DNA of 57,909 nt from the IMG/VR virus record IMGVR_UViG_3300045988_069295, positions 1-57,909 of that record. One strand, given 5' to 3'. The translations under genes and the position numbers were made by a program. Below, piece by piece: positions 1-8,489 of this stretch. Positions within the stretch are counted from its first letter, which is position 1. Each line of letters begins with the position of its first letter. The stretch is from a virus. The notes under the pieces were generated by a model. It worked only from the letters and a program-made list of their open reading frames with translations. It was not told the DNA's origin and searched no databases.

Positions 1-119
1 AGTAGCACCCTTTGGCATCCAGCAAGCGAACCGCCACGAGAGCGAGCGCGGCCTTTGTTGCTTGCGACTAAGACAACGTGGCGTGATAAAGATGGAAAAA
101 TGTTGCAAGGAATCTCGCC
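1..119. repeat. Terminal direct repeat identical to 57791..57909 (assembly overlap of a circular molecule, or true terminal redundancy); unique length 57,790 bp
   Basis: Read directly: both copies run agtagcaccctttggcatcc...caaggaatctcgcc with no mismatch seen. Confidence 0.95.
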
Positions 120-231
120 AACAACGTACTTTCTCGGCTGCTACGCAGACGGTCAGTTCTGGGATGAGATAGGCGAAAGACTGCCGAAAGATGTAACGGT
201 GACGCATTGGATGGCGTTTCCGATGGTATGA
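1..231 (+). CDS. DUF551-like small protein, 3' portion; the ORF starts at ATG 57788 and reads across the junction
   Basis: Frame 1 is open from position 1 to TGA 229-231. The joined product is MSSTLWHPASEPP...VTVTHWMAFPMV, with W..EPP and THWM.FP motifs like the next ORF. Confidence 0.6.
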   Translation, partial: SSTLWHPASEPPRERARPLLLATKTTWRDKDGKMLQGISPTTYFLGCYADGQFWDEIGERLPKDVTVTHWMAFPMV

Positions 232-241
232 GGTGATGAGC

Positions 242-451
242 ATGAGCAATTGGATTAATGTCAAGGATAGATTGCCCGATATTCCGAAAAACGATTTTGC
301 AAGCGATTATGTTCTGGTTCACGACGAAAAAGCTGGTGACTGGGTAGCCTATTATGATGCAGACGGTGATTGGTGTGAAGCAAGAGAGTGCATCCCATTC
401 AAAAATGTTACACATTGGATGCCTATGCCTGAACCGCCTACGGAGGACTAA
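242..451 (+). CDS. DUF551-type phage protein
   Basis: MSNWINVKDRLP...VTHWMPMPEPP; GAGGTG lies 6 nt upstream of ATG 242. Confidence 0.7.
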   Translation: MSNWINVKDRLPDIPKNDFASDYVLVHDEKAGDWVAYYDADGDWCEARECIPFKNVTHWMPMPEPPTED

Positions 452-453
452 AT

Positions 454-654
454 ATGGATGGATTTGAAGCGTTAACAGAAGCGATGAACCGGTGTGCTGC
501 ATCACTTGAACAACTTGCAAATGCTATCAGACAGTCCGAAACACAGTGCGGTTACATTAAGCGGAAGCACAATCGACCTGTATACCGTAAAGGTGCAAAG
601 CTACATGAATGCTGCAAACGAATTATGAGAACGAGAGAGGGATTTAGAAAGTGA
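454..654 (+). CDS. hypothetical protein
   Basis: GGAGGA lies 5 nt upstream of the ATG; tightly packed in the + strand operon. Confidence 0.5.
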   Translation: MDGFEALTEAMNRCAASLEQLANAIRQSETQCGYIKRKHNRPVYRKGAKLHECCKRIMRTREGFRK

Positions 655-932
655 AAAAGCTTAAATTTCCTGAGGATTTCTTTGCATACGACAACCCGGA
701 CTGCCCTGATAAGGATATTGAAAAAGCCGTAAACAGGATGAAGAACTGGATGAAGGGTGAGACCTACAAGAGCAACCCTTGGTTCTTTATGGCTGCTGGC
801 AACTATCTAATTGTCGGCCTGATTGCTGAGGATGGACAGAAAACAATATACGTTGCACGGCAGTATTATGAGATAGTCAACATTCCGGGCGAAGGCTGGT
901 TGCGTGAGCCTGGCGAAGAATGCCCGTTTTGA
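651..932 (+). CDS. hypothetical protein
   Basis: GTG start overlaps the upstream stop (GTGA); 93-aa ORF. Confidence 0.5.
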   Translation: MKKLKFPEDFFAYDNPDCPDKDIEKAVNRMKNWMKGETYKSNPWFFMAAGNYLIVGLIAEDGQKTIYVARQYYEIVNIPGEGWLREPGEECPF

Positions 933-944
933 GGAGGGATAAAG

Positions 945-1196
945 ATGGAAGAACTTAAGAGATGTCCGTTCTGCGGGTCTATTCCGACGCTGTATCACGA
1001 TGGATTGCATCAAGTGGATTCAAAGAGAAGATATCACACAACATGGATGATTCTGTGTGAAAAGTGTCATAATGCATCAATGAGCAATAGCGCTTACTAT
1101 AGCTTTGGTGAAGATGGCGTTTTGTCACCGTATGACGAAAAAGACGGACGACAAGAAATCATCAGCCGGTGGAACAGCCGTTACAAAGAGGATTGA
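945..1196 (+). CDS. lar: Lar-family restriction-alleviation-like Zn-ribbon protein
   Basis: RCPFCGS...CEKCHN...ISRWNSR pattern typical of the Lar family; GAGGAGGG RBS. Confidence 0.55.
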   Translation: MEELKRCPFCGSIPTLYHDGLHQVDSKRRYHTTWMILCEKCHNASMSNSAYYSFGEDGVLSPYDEKDGRQEIISRWNSRYKED

Positions 1197-1198
1197 GT

Positions 1199-1858
1199 AT
1201 GGAGCAGGAACACAAGCCGAGAACATCAATGATTCTTCTGTTGGAACACGTCCATGCGATGGACGAGCTGACAGACGAGGAATTTGGAGCATTCATCCGC
1301 AACTACGCGCAGTATGTTGAGACTGGATTTGAGCCAGCATACGACAACGACCGTGCTATGCGGATGCTCTGGAAAGTTGTTAAAGCGTTCGATGATACGA
1401 ATGCGCAGAAAAGACAGGAGCGAATCGAGAAAAACAGACGGAGTGCAAATAAGCGTTGGAACGATGAAAAATGCAAATGCATACAAACGCATACTAATGA
1501 TGCAAATGCATACGCTGGTATGCAAATGAATGCAAACGATGCCTTATCTATATCTGATTCTGTATCTGAATCTGATAAAAAAGAAAAATGTGAAAAGAAA
1601 AATACCAAAGAAGTCAAACGCTTCAAAGCACCGACTGTCGAGCAAGCCAGAGAATACTTTGCCGATAAGGGCTACATGGAATCGGAAGCAGAGCGGTTTG
1701 TTGACCACTTCACGGCAAATGGCTGGAAGGTCGGAAAATCGCCTATGAAGGACTGGAAAGCTGCTGCACGGAACTGGATGCGTAACGCGAAGGGCTGGAA
1801 CGGTGGCTATCAGCAGACAATGGCTGAATTGCCTGACGAGGGAGACTTTCTGCGGTGA
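1199..1858 (+). CDS. putative replisome organizer / replication protein
   Basis: Overlaps the start of the DnaB-like helicase. The Trp/Lys-rich C-terminus (FVDHFTANGWKVGKSPMKDWKAAARNWMRN) resembles phage organizer proteins. ATG 1199 is preceded by AAGAGGA. Confidence 0.5.
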   Translation: MEQEHKPRTSMILLLEHVHAMDELTDEEFGAFIRNYAQYVETGFEPAYDNDRAMRMLWKVVKAFDDTNAQKRQERIEKNRRSANKRWNDEKCKCIQTHTNDANAYAGMQMNANDALSISDSVSESDKKEKCEKKNTKEVKRFKAPTVEQAREYFADKGYMESEAERFVDHFTANGWKVGKSPMKDWKAAARNWMRNAKGWNGGYQQTMAELPDEGDFLR

Positions 1859-3078
1859 ATATTGAAAATCAGACCCAATACATCCTGCTGGGGGCAGTCC
1901 TCACGTTCTCGGAATACGCCGATGTGCTGCAAGACCTTAAAATCGACGATTTCTGCCCTGAACTGCATGATACATTCGCTGCCATTCTCGGATATTGGGA
2001 ACACAACGACAAGTGGAACCCGGTAGAAGTCATGGGACGGTACGATAACTGCAAGAAAGCAATGGGTGAATGTCTGGATGCCTTTGGCGCAGAGTTCATC
2101 CGCAACGTCACCCATGACATGATGCTTGGATGGGCTGGAATCGTTAAGGAGCAGGCTGCATTGTCCAGAGCCAGAGAGATTGCGTTCAAAATTGTTGATG
2201 GCTCGACAAGATACGCAGACCTGACAGGAATTTATGAGCAGCTAGGCGAAGCTATCAACCTGCACAACGAGAGAAGCGATTTCATCCCGATGTGTGACGG
2301 CATAGACAATTACATCCGCAAGCTGGATGATAAGCCAGAGTATATCAGCACAGGGCTTAGAGTGTTGGATAACAACTTGCATCTTGTGCCGGGCAACTTC
2401 GTTGTGATCGGTGGTAGACCGTCTGCTGGTAAGACCGCTCTGTCCCTGCAACTTGCCTGTGAAATAGCCAAGAACGGACGCAAGGTGGCGTATTTCAGCC
2501 TAGAGACCGACCCGGACACGCTCTACGCTCGTATTATAGCAAACCAGCTAGGCGTACCGCTGCACACGGTCAAAAACAAGACTGTCAGCATTAACGAGCT
2601 TGACAGACTGGCAGCCATCAAGAAATATCCGCTGTTCGTTCGTTCTGCCGCTGGTAAAGGCGTTGGGTGGATTAGAACACAGTCCATCAGAATGCAAGCC
2701 AAAGTAGTGTTCATCGACTATTTGCAGCTTATCCATCAAGCCGGAGCGAAAGACCGATACAGTGCCGTCACGGAAATCAGCATGGCACTGCATGAGTTCG
2801 CACAGTCCACGGGAACGCTGGTGGTGGCACTTGCACAGCTCAATCGAGAGACCGCAAGAGCAGGTATACCACCGACTGCCGCAGACCTGCGAGAATCCGG
2901 GCAGATCGAGCAGGACGCAGACGCAATCATCCTGCTGGCACAGAAAGTGAAAACGCAAAAGAGACCAGAAGAGCATTATCACTTTGCGCTTGAGAAGAAC
3001 AAAGAGGGCGACGTGGGGTCACTGGACATCACGTTCCAGATGGAAACGCAGCAGTTCAAAGAATGCGTGTGGATGTAA
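1855..3078 (+). CDS. dnaB: DnaB-family replicative helicase
   Basis: Walker A GGRPSAGKTAL, SLETDP, VVFIDYLQLI, ALAQLNRE and LRESGQIEQDADAIILL motifs. Confidence 0.9.
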   Translation: MNIENQTQYILLGAVLTFSEYADVLQDLKIDDFCPELHDTFAAILGYWEHNDKWNPVEVMGRYDNCKKAMGECLDAFGAEFIRNVTHDMMLGWAGIVKEQAALSRAREIAFKIVDGSTRYADLTGIYEQLGEAINLHNERSDFIPMCDGIDNYIRKLDDKPEYISTGLRVLDNNLHLVPGNFVVIGGRPSAGKTALSLQLACEIAKNGRKVAYFSLETDPDTLYARIIANQLGVPLHTVKNKTVSINELDRLAAIKKYPLFVRSAAGKGVGWIRTQSIRMQAKVVFIDYLQLIHQAGAKDRYSAVTEISMALHEFAQSTGTLVVALAQLNRETARAGIPPTAADLRESGQIEQDADAIILLAQKVKTQKRPEEHYHFALEKNKEGDVGSLDITFQMETQQFKECVWM

Positions 3079-3092
3079 CGGAAGGAGACAAA

Positions 3093-3266
3093 ATGAACAT
3101 TCGACCTATTGATGCTAACGCACTAAAACGATACTTTTCCGATGAGCAGATGAAATATGTTAGCGTGGATGAAACAGATTATACGTTCAATGCATTGATG
3201 TTTGATGTACTAGAAGACGTAATGGTTGCTATCGATAATGCGCCGACTATTGAAACGAAAGGATAG
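3093..3266 (+). CDS. hypothetical protein (RPIDAN...APTIE paralog of 57353..57508)
   Basis: MNIRPIDANALK...IDNAPTIETKG; AAGGAG RBS. Confidence 0.5.
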   Translation: MNIRPIDANALKRYFSDEQMKYVSVDETDYTFNALMFDVLEDVMVAIDNAPTIETKG

Positions 3267-3395
3267 AATCGCTTCTGCGCTCGTATCGTCACAGTAGAAT
3301 AGGCAAGAAAAACAGATAACAGGGTCTAGGCGATAAAGTTACCGTCTGAACCTCATAAATATTTTTCATCAATCAAAAAACGGAGGAAAACGATT

Positions 3396-3677
3396 ATGAA
3401 CATCACTCGACTGGAACAAGAGACCATCGTCAACTTCAATGCAGCGGAAGATACTGCATCGGTCTATACCGCCGACCCGGTGTATATGCGCAAGCTGGAC
3501 AAGCTGTGTGAGCGTGAGCCTGCATCGTACAAGCTGGTCAAGCAGGACAAGGACGGCAAGTGGTATGAGATGCCCAAGCGTCTTGTGCGGTTTGCGACCA
3601 GCAGGATTATGACGGACGAGCAGAAAGAAGCAGCCGCAGAGCGTATGCGCAAGATGCAAGCGGATGGTAGAATCTAA
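3396..3677 (+). CDS. hypothetical protein
   Basis: ACGGAGGA RBS; 93-aa ORF; last gene before the large non-coding region. Confidence 0.55.
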   Translation: MNITRLEQETIVNFNAAEDTASVYTADPVYMRKLDKLCEREPASYKLVKQDKDGKWYEMPKRLVRFATSRIMTDEQKEAAAERMRKMQADGRI

Positions 3678-3922
3678 TCTCCGCTGAAATCTCCAATCAA
3701 CAAACGTATCAGAAAGCATGGAATGGTATCAGGTAGTAAAACTACCCTCTGCGACTATTCCGTGCTTTTTTCTCTTGTTATTTATCGAGAGAAAACGGCA
3801 AGGTCTGATTTTTGGGCAGAAACCGTCTCGATCGAGTGGTGTTTGGGCTGATATGGCCACGACTATCAGCGTGATGCGTTTGCATGCAAATGGATGCACA
3901 TGATGCGTCCGCATCCAATCTT

Positions 3923-3989
3923 CCCCCCTTTCTTCCCCCTCTTTCCCCTACAACCCCTATTACCCCCTATAATCCCCCTAACTCCCCCC
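3923..3989. repeat. Array of seven C4-C6 tracts spaced about 10 nt apart (G-tracts on the - strand)
   Basis: C runs start at 3923, 3935, 3945, 3954, 3963, 3974 and 3984. A 9-bp hairpin CTCAAACAA/TTGTTTGAG follows at 3988..4011. Confidence 0.8.
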
Positions 3990-4299
3990 TCAAACAAATA
4001 AATTGTTTGAGGCCCCCACGCCGAAATGGTGAGACAACTGCAACAACCGGAAACGACAACCAGATGTTTTGCAAAGGTTCTTTCCCCCTACAACCCTCTA
4101 TCTCCAAAAGCTATACCGTTAGCCAGCAGAGCAGACCGTAGGCGGCATCTACCGTCAGGTTCTATTGGCTGAATATAGGCATATCGTCCATCTGACCTCT
4201 ACGTTGCGTCACCCTCTATCGTCCGGCGCACCGCGCCGACCGGGTGACCTTCAACGGTAACGGCATCTAGCCTGCATAGGGCAGTAGCATCTAACCCGG

Positions 4300-4880
4300 T
4301 AGCCACTACGACTATTTCACATGGAGAATTGACTTCATTTTGCAGTCGGTTGGATATGTACAAATGTTGCATATATTATTCCTAGCATAATACTATGAAT
4401 TGTTTAGAATATCATAGTTCGTTACTGGGAATTAAATCGAGCAGGAACAGACCAAATCGGGTGGTACGATTATTTTAGCAGAATAATCCATAGATAGTTA
4501 CTAGGATATATAAGCGTATATTATAATAAGTACGGTTGGTATACGAATTTGGTATGGCTAGTGAGTGAATAAATGAGTGAATATATGCAATAGATTATGA
4601 ATTTTATGCGGTCAGATGACTTAGCGACTATCGCACCTTCATTTCTCTAAAAGGCGAACGACTATTTCACGCAAAAAATACACGACTATTTGACGATGGT
4701 TCGCAAGAAAACGTTACGACTATTACTCTGCGACTATCAGCGAACTACTCATTGCTATACGATATATAGGACTTTCAAATGATAGTCGCCTGACGACTTT
4801 ACGACTATTCCACGACTACTTTATTGGAGAAACTACGACTATTGGCTACGACTATTCCAGCCGGAACGTTACGACTATTG
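4300..4880. promoter_or_regulatory. Candidate (lytic) replication origin: AT-rich core (about 4320..4620) followed by an iteron cluster
   Basis: No plausible ORF, a very AT-rich core and dense CGACTAT repeats; lies just downstream of the organizer-helicase genes. Confidence 0.5.
4625..4878. repeat. CGACTAT iteron cluster: 9 perfect direct copies, 1 inverted copy and 2 variants. Outliers sit at 3752, 3860 and 4309
   Basis: Perfect copies start at 4625, 4659, 4683, 4717, 4731, 4802, 4836, 4849 and 4872; the inverted copy is at 4782..4788. Confidence 0.85.
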
Positions 4881-4894
4881 CTGACCTCTATTAG

Positions 4895-5190
4895 CTATCG
4901 GGCGAAAGCCCGAAAAGAGATGCGGCGAGAGCCGCCAATGGTTCCGCGCCGCCGCCGCGCCCCTGCCGCTGGGCTGCTCCGCCGGGTGGAGGGTGCCAGC
5001 CGGTGCGCCCTGACCGCTGACCGGTGCCAGATTGCAAGCCGCCGGGCTGACTTTGTACAGGTGGAGGCGCTGACCCATCAGCAGGTGCGCCGGGTCTGTA
5101 CTGCTGACAGCGTGCCAGCACTTGCCAGCGATCCGCAGACGGCAGGAGCTGACCCCGCCGGGCTGGCATGGTCTGCGATATGCTACACCC
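4895..5190. other. GC-rich non-coding island F
   Basis: G+C is clearly above the flanks. ORFs overlap on both strands with Arg/Ala/Pro-rich junk translations and no RBS. It shares collinear motifs with island S (7335..7535) in inverted orientation. Confidence 0.6.
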
Positions 5191-5446
5191 TTATATACCT
5201 TATTATAATAAGGCGGCTGGTATCTGGTATGCGCTGGAGGTGTTGCGGCTCTGTGATACGCTCCAGCGTGTCGCAGGCGGTGCGGTATAGTTGGATGCAC
5301 CCGCCACACAACAGCGGCAAAACACGGCAAATAGCTGGAAAAGCCCCCGTAAAGCCCGGTGCGCTGTTTTGTGCCGTGGGTGGTATAACTGCATGGACGG
5401 AATAAAAGCCACTAAAAACCCTTGTATGGGGTTGTATTGTAGCAGT

Positions 5447-5482
5447 GTAAAATAAAAGCCCTGCATCCTCAGCAGATGCAAG
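5447..5482 (-). terminator. rho-independent terminator (second of a tandem pair)
   Basis: TGCATC/GATGCA stem followed on the - strand by GGGCTTTTATTTT. Confidence 0.55.
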
Positions 5483-5483
5483 G

Positions 5484-5514
5484 CAAAAGAAAAGCCCCGC
5501 CAGCGTGGGCGGGG
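5484..5514 (-). terminator. rho-independent terminator of the - strand accessory operon
   Basis: CCCCGCC/GGCGGGG stem followed on the - strand by CTTTTCTTTT, directly after stop 5525. Confidence 0.75.
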
Positions 5515-5524
5515 TGGATTTAAG

Positions 5525-5734
5525 TTAATTCCAAGAAATTTTTCCTTCGTTTTCCAGCCTTCTCAAGTATTCATATTTGTATCGGCCCTCTACGCTTGTA
5601 GAACAATGATATTTTTCATCGTATCTGTAAGGGTATGCTCTCCCTGAATCTCCAACGATGAATTGCACTGTGTCGTCATCGTTAAGGTAGTAGGTGCGAC
5701 CGTCTTTTGATTTTACTTCCTTATACTCTTTCAT
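5525..5734 (-). CDS. hypothetical protein
   Basis: AGGAG RBS; 69 aa; followed by terminators. Confidence 0.6.
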   Translation of the reverse strand: MKEYKEVKSKDGRTYYLNDDDTVQFIVGDSGRAYPYRYDEKYHCSTSVEGRYKYEYLRRLENEGKISWN

Positions 5735-5944
5735 TTTTTTGCGCTCCTTTCTTGCGTGGGCTTGCTACTGCTAGTATATCATACTGCAAGCCCCATTAAC
5801 AGGACTTGCCGGGAATATTTTGCCCTTTTGGGCTGGGGCGGGGTTGCTTTACGGTGCAGCCCCGCTAAAGTATCCGGGCGGCTCATTTGCTGGCTTTAAA
5901 TAATGCGCTGAAAAACCAAAAGAAGAACAGGACGCAAGATAATA

Positions 5945-6133
5945 TCATCTTGAAAAAATCTCCTCTCTGATACTAAACGCCACACCATAAAGTGCGTGAA
6001 ATTCGTGGGGAGATAAAAGCCCAGCGTTATACTTGTCTGTGATGTCACATTCAAGCCGCTGCACCTGAATGCTGTTGTGAGTTTTGGCGCAGTCGGCCAG
6101 CTCTAACAAGATGCTGTCAAAAATAGTCCTCAT
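5945..6133 (-). CDS. hypothetical protein
   Basis: Start moved to ATG 6133 (MRTIF...), which has GGAGGG 8 nt upstream. Confidence 0.55.
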   Translation of the reverse strand: MRTIFDSILLELADCAKTHNSIQVQRLECDITDKYNAGLLSPHEFHALYGVAFSIREEIFSR

Positions 6134-6147
6134 TGCTACACCCTCCA

Positions 6148-6411
6148 TTATACCACGCTGAACCGCTTGTATGTGGTGCGCTTGCTGCACTCGGCGTAAA
6201 TATCCGGGTGCGCGGCCTGTAAAAGCTTGCTGTCAAGCCGGACGCTTTGCACGTCCTTATACATTACCTTGCAAGCGCCTGCGACAACCTCCGGCGCCCC
6301 CTGCATCATGGCAATAATTTCATCCCGCAGGCTGTCCCGCATCTGCTCCGCCTGCTCTGCCAGCCGCTTATATTCGCGGTATTCGTTGCACTTTTGCTCT
6401 AAATCTGTCAT
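6148..6411 (-). CDS. hypothetical coiled-coil protein
   Basis: 87-aa ORF within the operon. Confidence 0.6.
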   Translation of the reverse strand: MTDLEQKCNEYREYKRLAEQAEQMRDSLRDEIIAMMQGAPEVVAGACKVMYKDVQSVRLDSKLLQAAHPDIYAECSKRTTYKRFSVV

Positions 6412-6427
6412 TTTTCAGCCCTCCTTA

Positions 6428-6523
6428 TTAGCTGTTGAGATATGCGATCATAACAAGAGCGCCGGAGATCATGCCGCCAACATACCAGAGGGCAGCCCAC
6501 TGGGAAAAATCAAGAGTAATCAT
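6428..6523 (-). CDS. 31-aa hydrophobic peptide
   Basis: MITLDFSQWAALWYVGGMISGALVMIAYLNS; GGAGG lies 9 nt upstream; below the ORF-track size cutoff. Confidence 0.45.
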   Translation of the reverse strand: MITLDFSQWAALWYVGGMISGALVMIAYLNS

Positions 6524-6527
6524 TTTT

Positions 6528-6749
6528 TTACACCTCCGCATTTTTGCCGTTGGGGTTAATCCAATCGTTCTTGATGTCGTTCCGCTTGCAGTAACGATAA
6601 AGGTTAATCAGTTGCACAAAATCGCCAGCGCTTATATATGCTTCATTATCCGGCGCATCAAGAGAGCAAATAAGGGTCGTTCCGTTGTCCTCCCGTTGCA
6701 CAAGCTCCAACGTTTCGCCGTTGTTCACTTCAAAAACAAGCTTGTTCAT
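6528..6749 (-). CDS. hypothetical protein
   Basis: Start moved to ATG 6749 (MNKLVFEV...), preceded by GGAGGG. Confidence 0.55.
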   Translation of the reverse strand: MNKLVFEVNNGETLELVQREDNGTTLICSLDAPDNEAYISAGDFVQLINLYRYCKRNDIKNDWINPNGKNAEV

Positions 6750-6763
6750 TTTTATACCCTCCA

Positions 6764-7201
6764 TTAAAACCAGTAAAGTAAGTACATATCTGTGCCCGGC
6801 TTGGTAATCTCTCGGATGCAAGGATACAAGCCGTAATTGTCAATTTGCAAGCCGTATTCTGCAAGCTCTTTGTTGAGCTTTACACGCCGTTTTGCAAGCT
6901 GAGCCTGTCGGGTTTTGAGCCACTCGGAATTATAATAGCGGCTGTCGTTGTCAAGCTCCCACGCTCTTGCATCTGCAAGCCCCCAACGCTGCACGCTGTC
7001 AAGGAGCTTTCTTGCTTTTTCGTATGCCTCAGTGGGCACACGATCGGCGGCTTTATCTGCGTCGGTTGTCAGTGCGTCAAGCGTGGCAAGGTCAAACGCA
7101 GCGCGGGCTCTGTTATACCATACACACGCGCGATGGCTGCGGCCTTCGTAATCTCCCGGAACGGGGCGGGCGGTATAATCGATCTCTTTATTGTTCATCA
7201 T
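6764..7201 (-). CDS. hypothetical protein (first gene of the - strand accessory operon)
   Basis: AGGAGG RBS; 145 aa. Confidence 0.6.
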   Translation of the reverse strand: MMNNKEIDYTARPVPGDYEGRSHRACVWYNRARAAFDLATLDALTTDADKAADRVPTEAYEKARKLLDSVQRWGLADARAWELDNDSRYYNSEWLKTRQAQLAKRRVKLNKELAEYGLQIDNYGLYPCIREITKPGTDMYLLYWF

Positions 7202-7231
7202 GGTTTTTGTCCTCCTGTTTTGTGGTGGCGT

Positions 7232-7306
7232 AACACGTTCTTGTGTTGTCTATATAGTAACACGTTCTTGTGTTAATGTCAATGGTTTTGCACACATTCT
7301 TGTGTT
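7232..7306. promoter_or_regulatory. Three operator-like dyads AACAC-N6-GTGTT
   Basis: AACACGTTCTTGTGTT at 7232..7247 and 7259..7274; CACACATTCTTGTGTT at 7291..7306. They flank and overlap the - strand promoter. Confidence 0.7.
7254..7282 (-). promoter_or_regulatory. sigma-70-type promoter of the - strand accessory operon
   Basis: On the - strand: TTGACA, a 17-nt spacer, then TACTAT. Nearly the same sequence as the + strand promoter at 10597..10625. Confidence 0.7.
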
Positions 7307-7334
7307 GAAAATCGTTCATGTTTGAGTGTGTACA

Positions 7335-7535
7335 AATCTGCTCGGTTTCGGACACACTCCGCGCCCTCCAGCGTTCCGCCGCCGTCCCGATCGCCCCGCG
7401 TGGTCTGCCTTGCATCTGGCACGGCCTGCCCTGCTGCCTGTGCTGTGCAGTCTGTCCGGGTGCGCTGGGGCTTGGGGTCTCCACCGGCGGGGTATACAGC
7501 CGCCGCCCAGCCCCGCCCGGTGAGTAGCGCGAAAA
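7335..7535. other. GC-rich non-coding island S
   Basis: Same features as island F. The reverse complement carries CCGCCGGTGGAG, GTGCCAGATGCAAG and CTGGAGGGCGC in the same order as F. Confidence 0.6.
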
Positions 7536-7640
7536 ATCTCCAAAATAAAAAAGGCGTTTTATTAAAGTGGTGGTGATTCACCACCCCCTCTTTTCTGCAC
7601 AAAACACCCCCACCCCTATTGCCAATCTCAAAAATTTCCC

Positions 7641-7671
7641 GCAAAAACAAAAAGACCCCTACAAAGGGTCT
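7641..7671 (-). terminator. possible rho-independent terminator
   Basis: AGACCC/GGGTCT stem followed on the - strand by TTTTGTTTTTG. Confidence 0.5.
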
Positions 7672-7724
7672 GTGTTCTGTGCTATACTTGCCTTACAAGC
7701 CTTGAAAGGGAGGAGTCTACAAAA

Positions 7725-8435
7725 ATGTACGCCTTATTTGGAATGATTGCTCTGGTTGCAACGCCTGTGTTTGGAGCACTGTGTCTTTACAACAAAGCAA
7801 CGCATAAGAAAGACAATCGGATGTTAATTGCTTTCTTTGTATCATTTGCAGTTCTTGTTATATGTTTGGCTGTAACACCAGAGCCATCACATGATGAATC
7901 GGCAAGCTCCGGCGTTACATCTTCCTCCGCCAAGTCTACGGAAACGGAACTGGATGGTAGCTCTATTGAGGAAGTTTCCGAAAGCTCAGCAAGCAGCACT
8001 CCGACATCTCAAAAAGCGGCATCCGAATCTGAACAGCCTATAAGCTCTGAACCCGCAAGCAGTGAGAAGGTGGCATCCAGTGCTTCTTCGCATAACCCAG
8101 ATGATGATATTCCAACGCTTGATTTGGATGACTATGCAAAACAGGCGGCCGACAACGCTGTAAAGGCAAAAGACAAATACGCTGGTAAGCAATATAAGGT
8201 GACATATCAAGTCAACAGTGTATCAGACGCAATGATTAAGTTAGATAATCCGTACACTGTTATGTTCAGTGTGAACTTCGTCACTTCTCACAGCATTGGT
8301 TATACCGTTTATATGGCTGGATTCCCGGAAAACGAAAAAGACAAGATTTCTATGCTTTCTCCCGGCCAGACCGTTACATTCGTCGGTGATTTTGACGGAA
8401 ACAAATTCACTGATTGCCGATTCATAGTTCCGTAA
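7725..8435 (+). CDS. membrane-anchored Ser-rich protein with a compact C-terminal beta-rich domain
   Basis: Two N-terminal hydrophobic helices, a long Ser/Glu/Ala low-complexity linker and a C-terminal domain (KYAGKQYKVTYQVNSV...). GGGAGG RBS and its own terminator. Confidence 0.6.
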   Translation: MYALFGMIALVATPVFGALCLYNKATHKKDNRMLIAFFVSFAVLVICLAVTPEPSHDESASSGVTSSSAKSTETELDGSSIEEVSESSASSTPTSQKAASESEQPISSEPASSEKVASSASSHNPDDDIPTLDLDDYAKQAADNAVKAKDKYAGKQYKVTYQVNSVSDAMIKLDNPYTVMFSVNFVTSHSIGYTVYMAGFPENEKDKISMLSPGQTVTFVGDFDGNKFTDCRFIVP

Positions 8436-8440
8436 ATAAA

Positions 8441-8480
8441 AAGCCAGCGGCTAGATGTTCTCTAACCACTGGCTTTTCTT
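8441..8480. terminator. hairpin terminator between convergent genes
   Basis: AGCCAGCGG...CCACTGGCT stem (one mismatch) followed by TTTTCTT. Confidence 0.55.
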
Positions 8481-8489
8481 ATGGGCTAT

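Noticed and set aside
1-119. The terminal repeat as an LTR or att site of an integrated element
   Set aside because: An ORF reads seamlessly through the joined ends, and no host-like flanking DNA is present. Circular overlap or terminal redundancy is the simpler explanation.
3884-4141. 85-aa Pro-rich ORF
   Set aside because: It is simply the translation of the C-tract array. It has no RBS and sits in the non-coding origin-like region.
4625-4878. CRISPR array (also considered for 42977..43126 and 40251..40450)
   Set aside because: The repeats are 7-22 bp long and are either contiguous or irregularly spaced, without unique spacers of uniform length. No cas genes are present. Iteron or centromere-type arrays fit better.
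4824-5405. ORF-track ORFs in GC island F (4824..5405 +, 4875..5330 -, 4891..5169 -)
   Set aside because: They overlap one another on both strands. Their translations are Arg/Ala/Pro/Gly-rich, as expected from random GC-rich DNA. They have no RBS and are not packed with neighbouring genes.
7279-7650. ORFs in GC island S (7188..7484 -, 7279..7650 -, 7316..7576 both strands)
   Set aside because: Same reasoning as for island F. They also overlap the mapped promoter and operator region.
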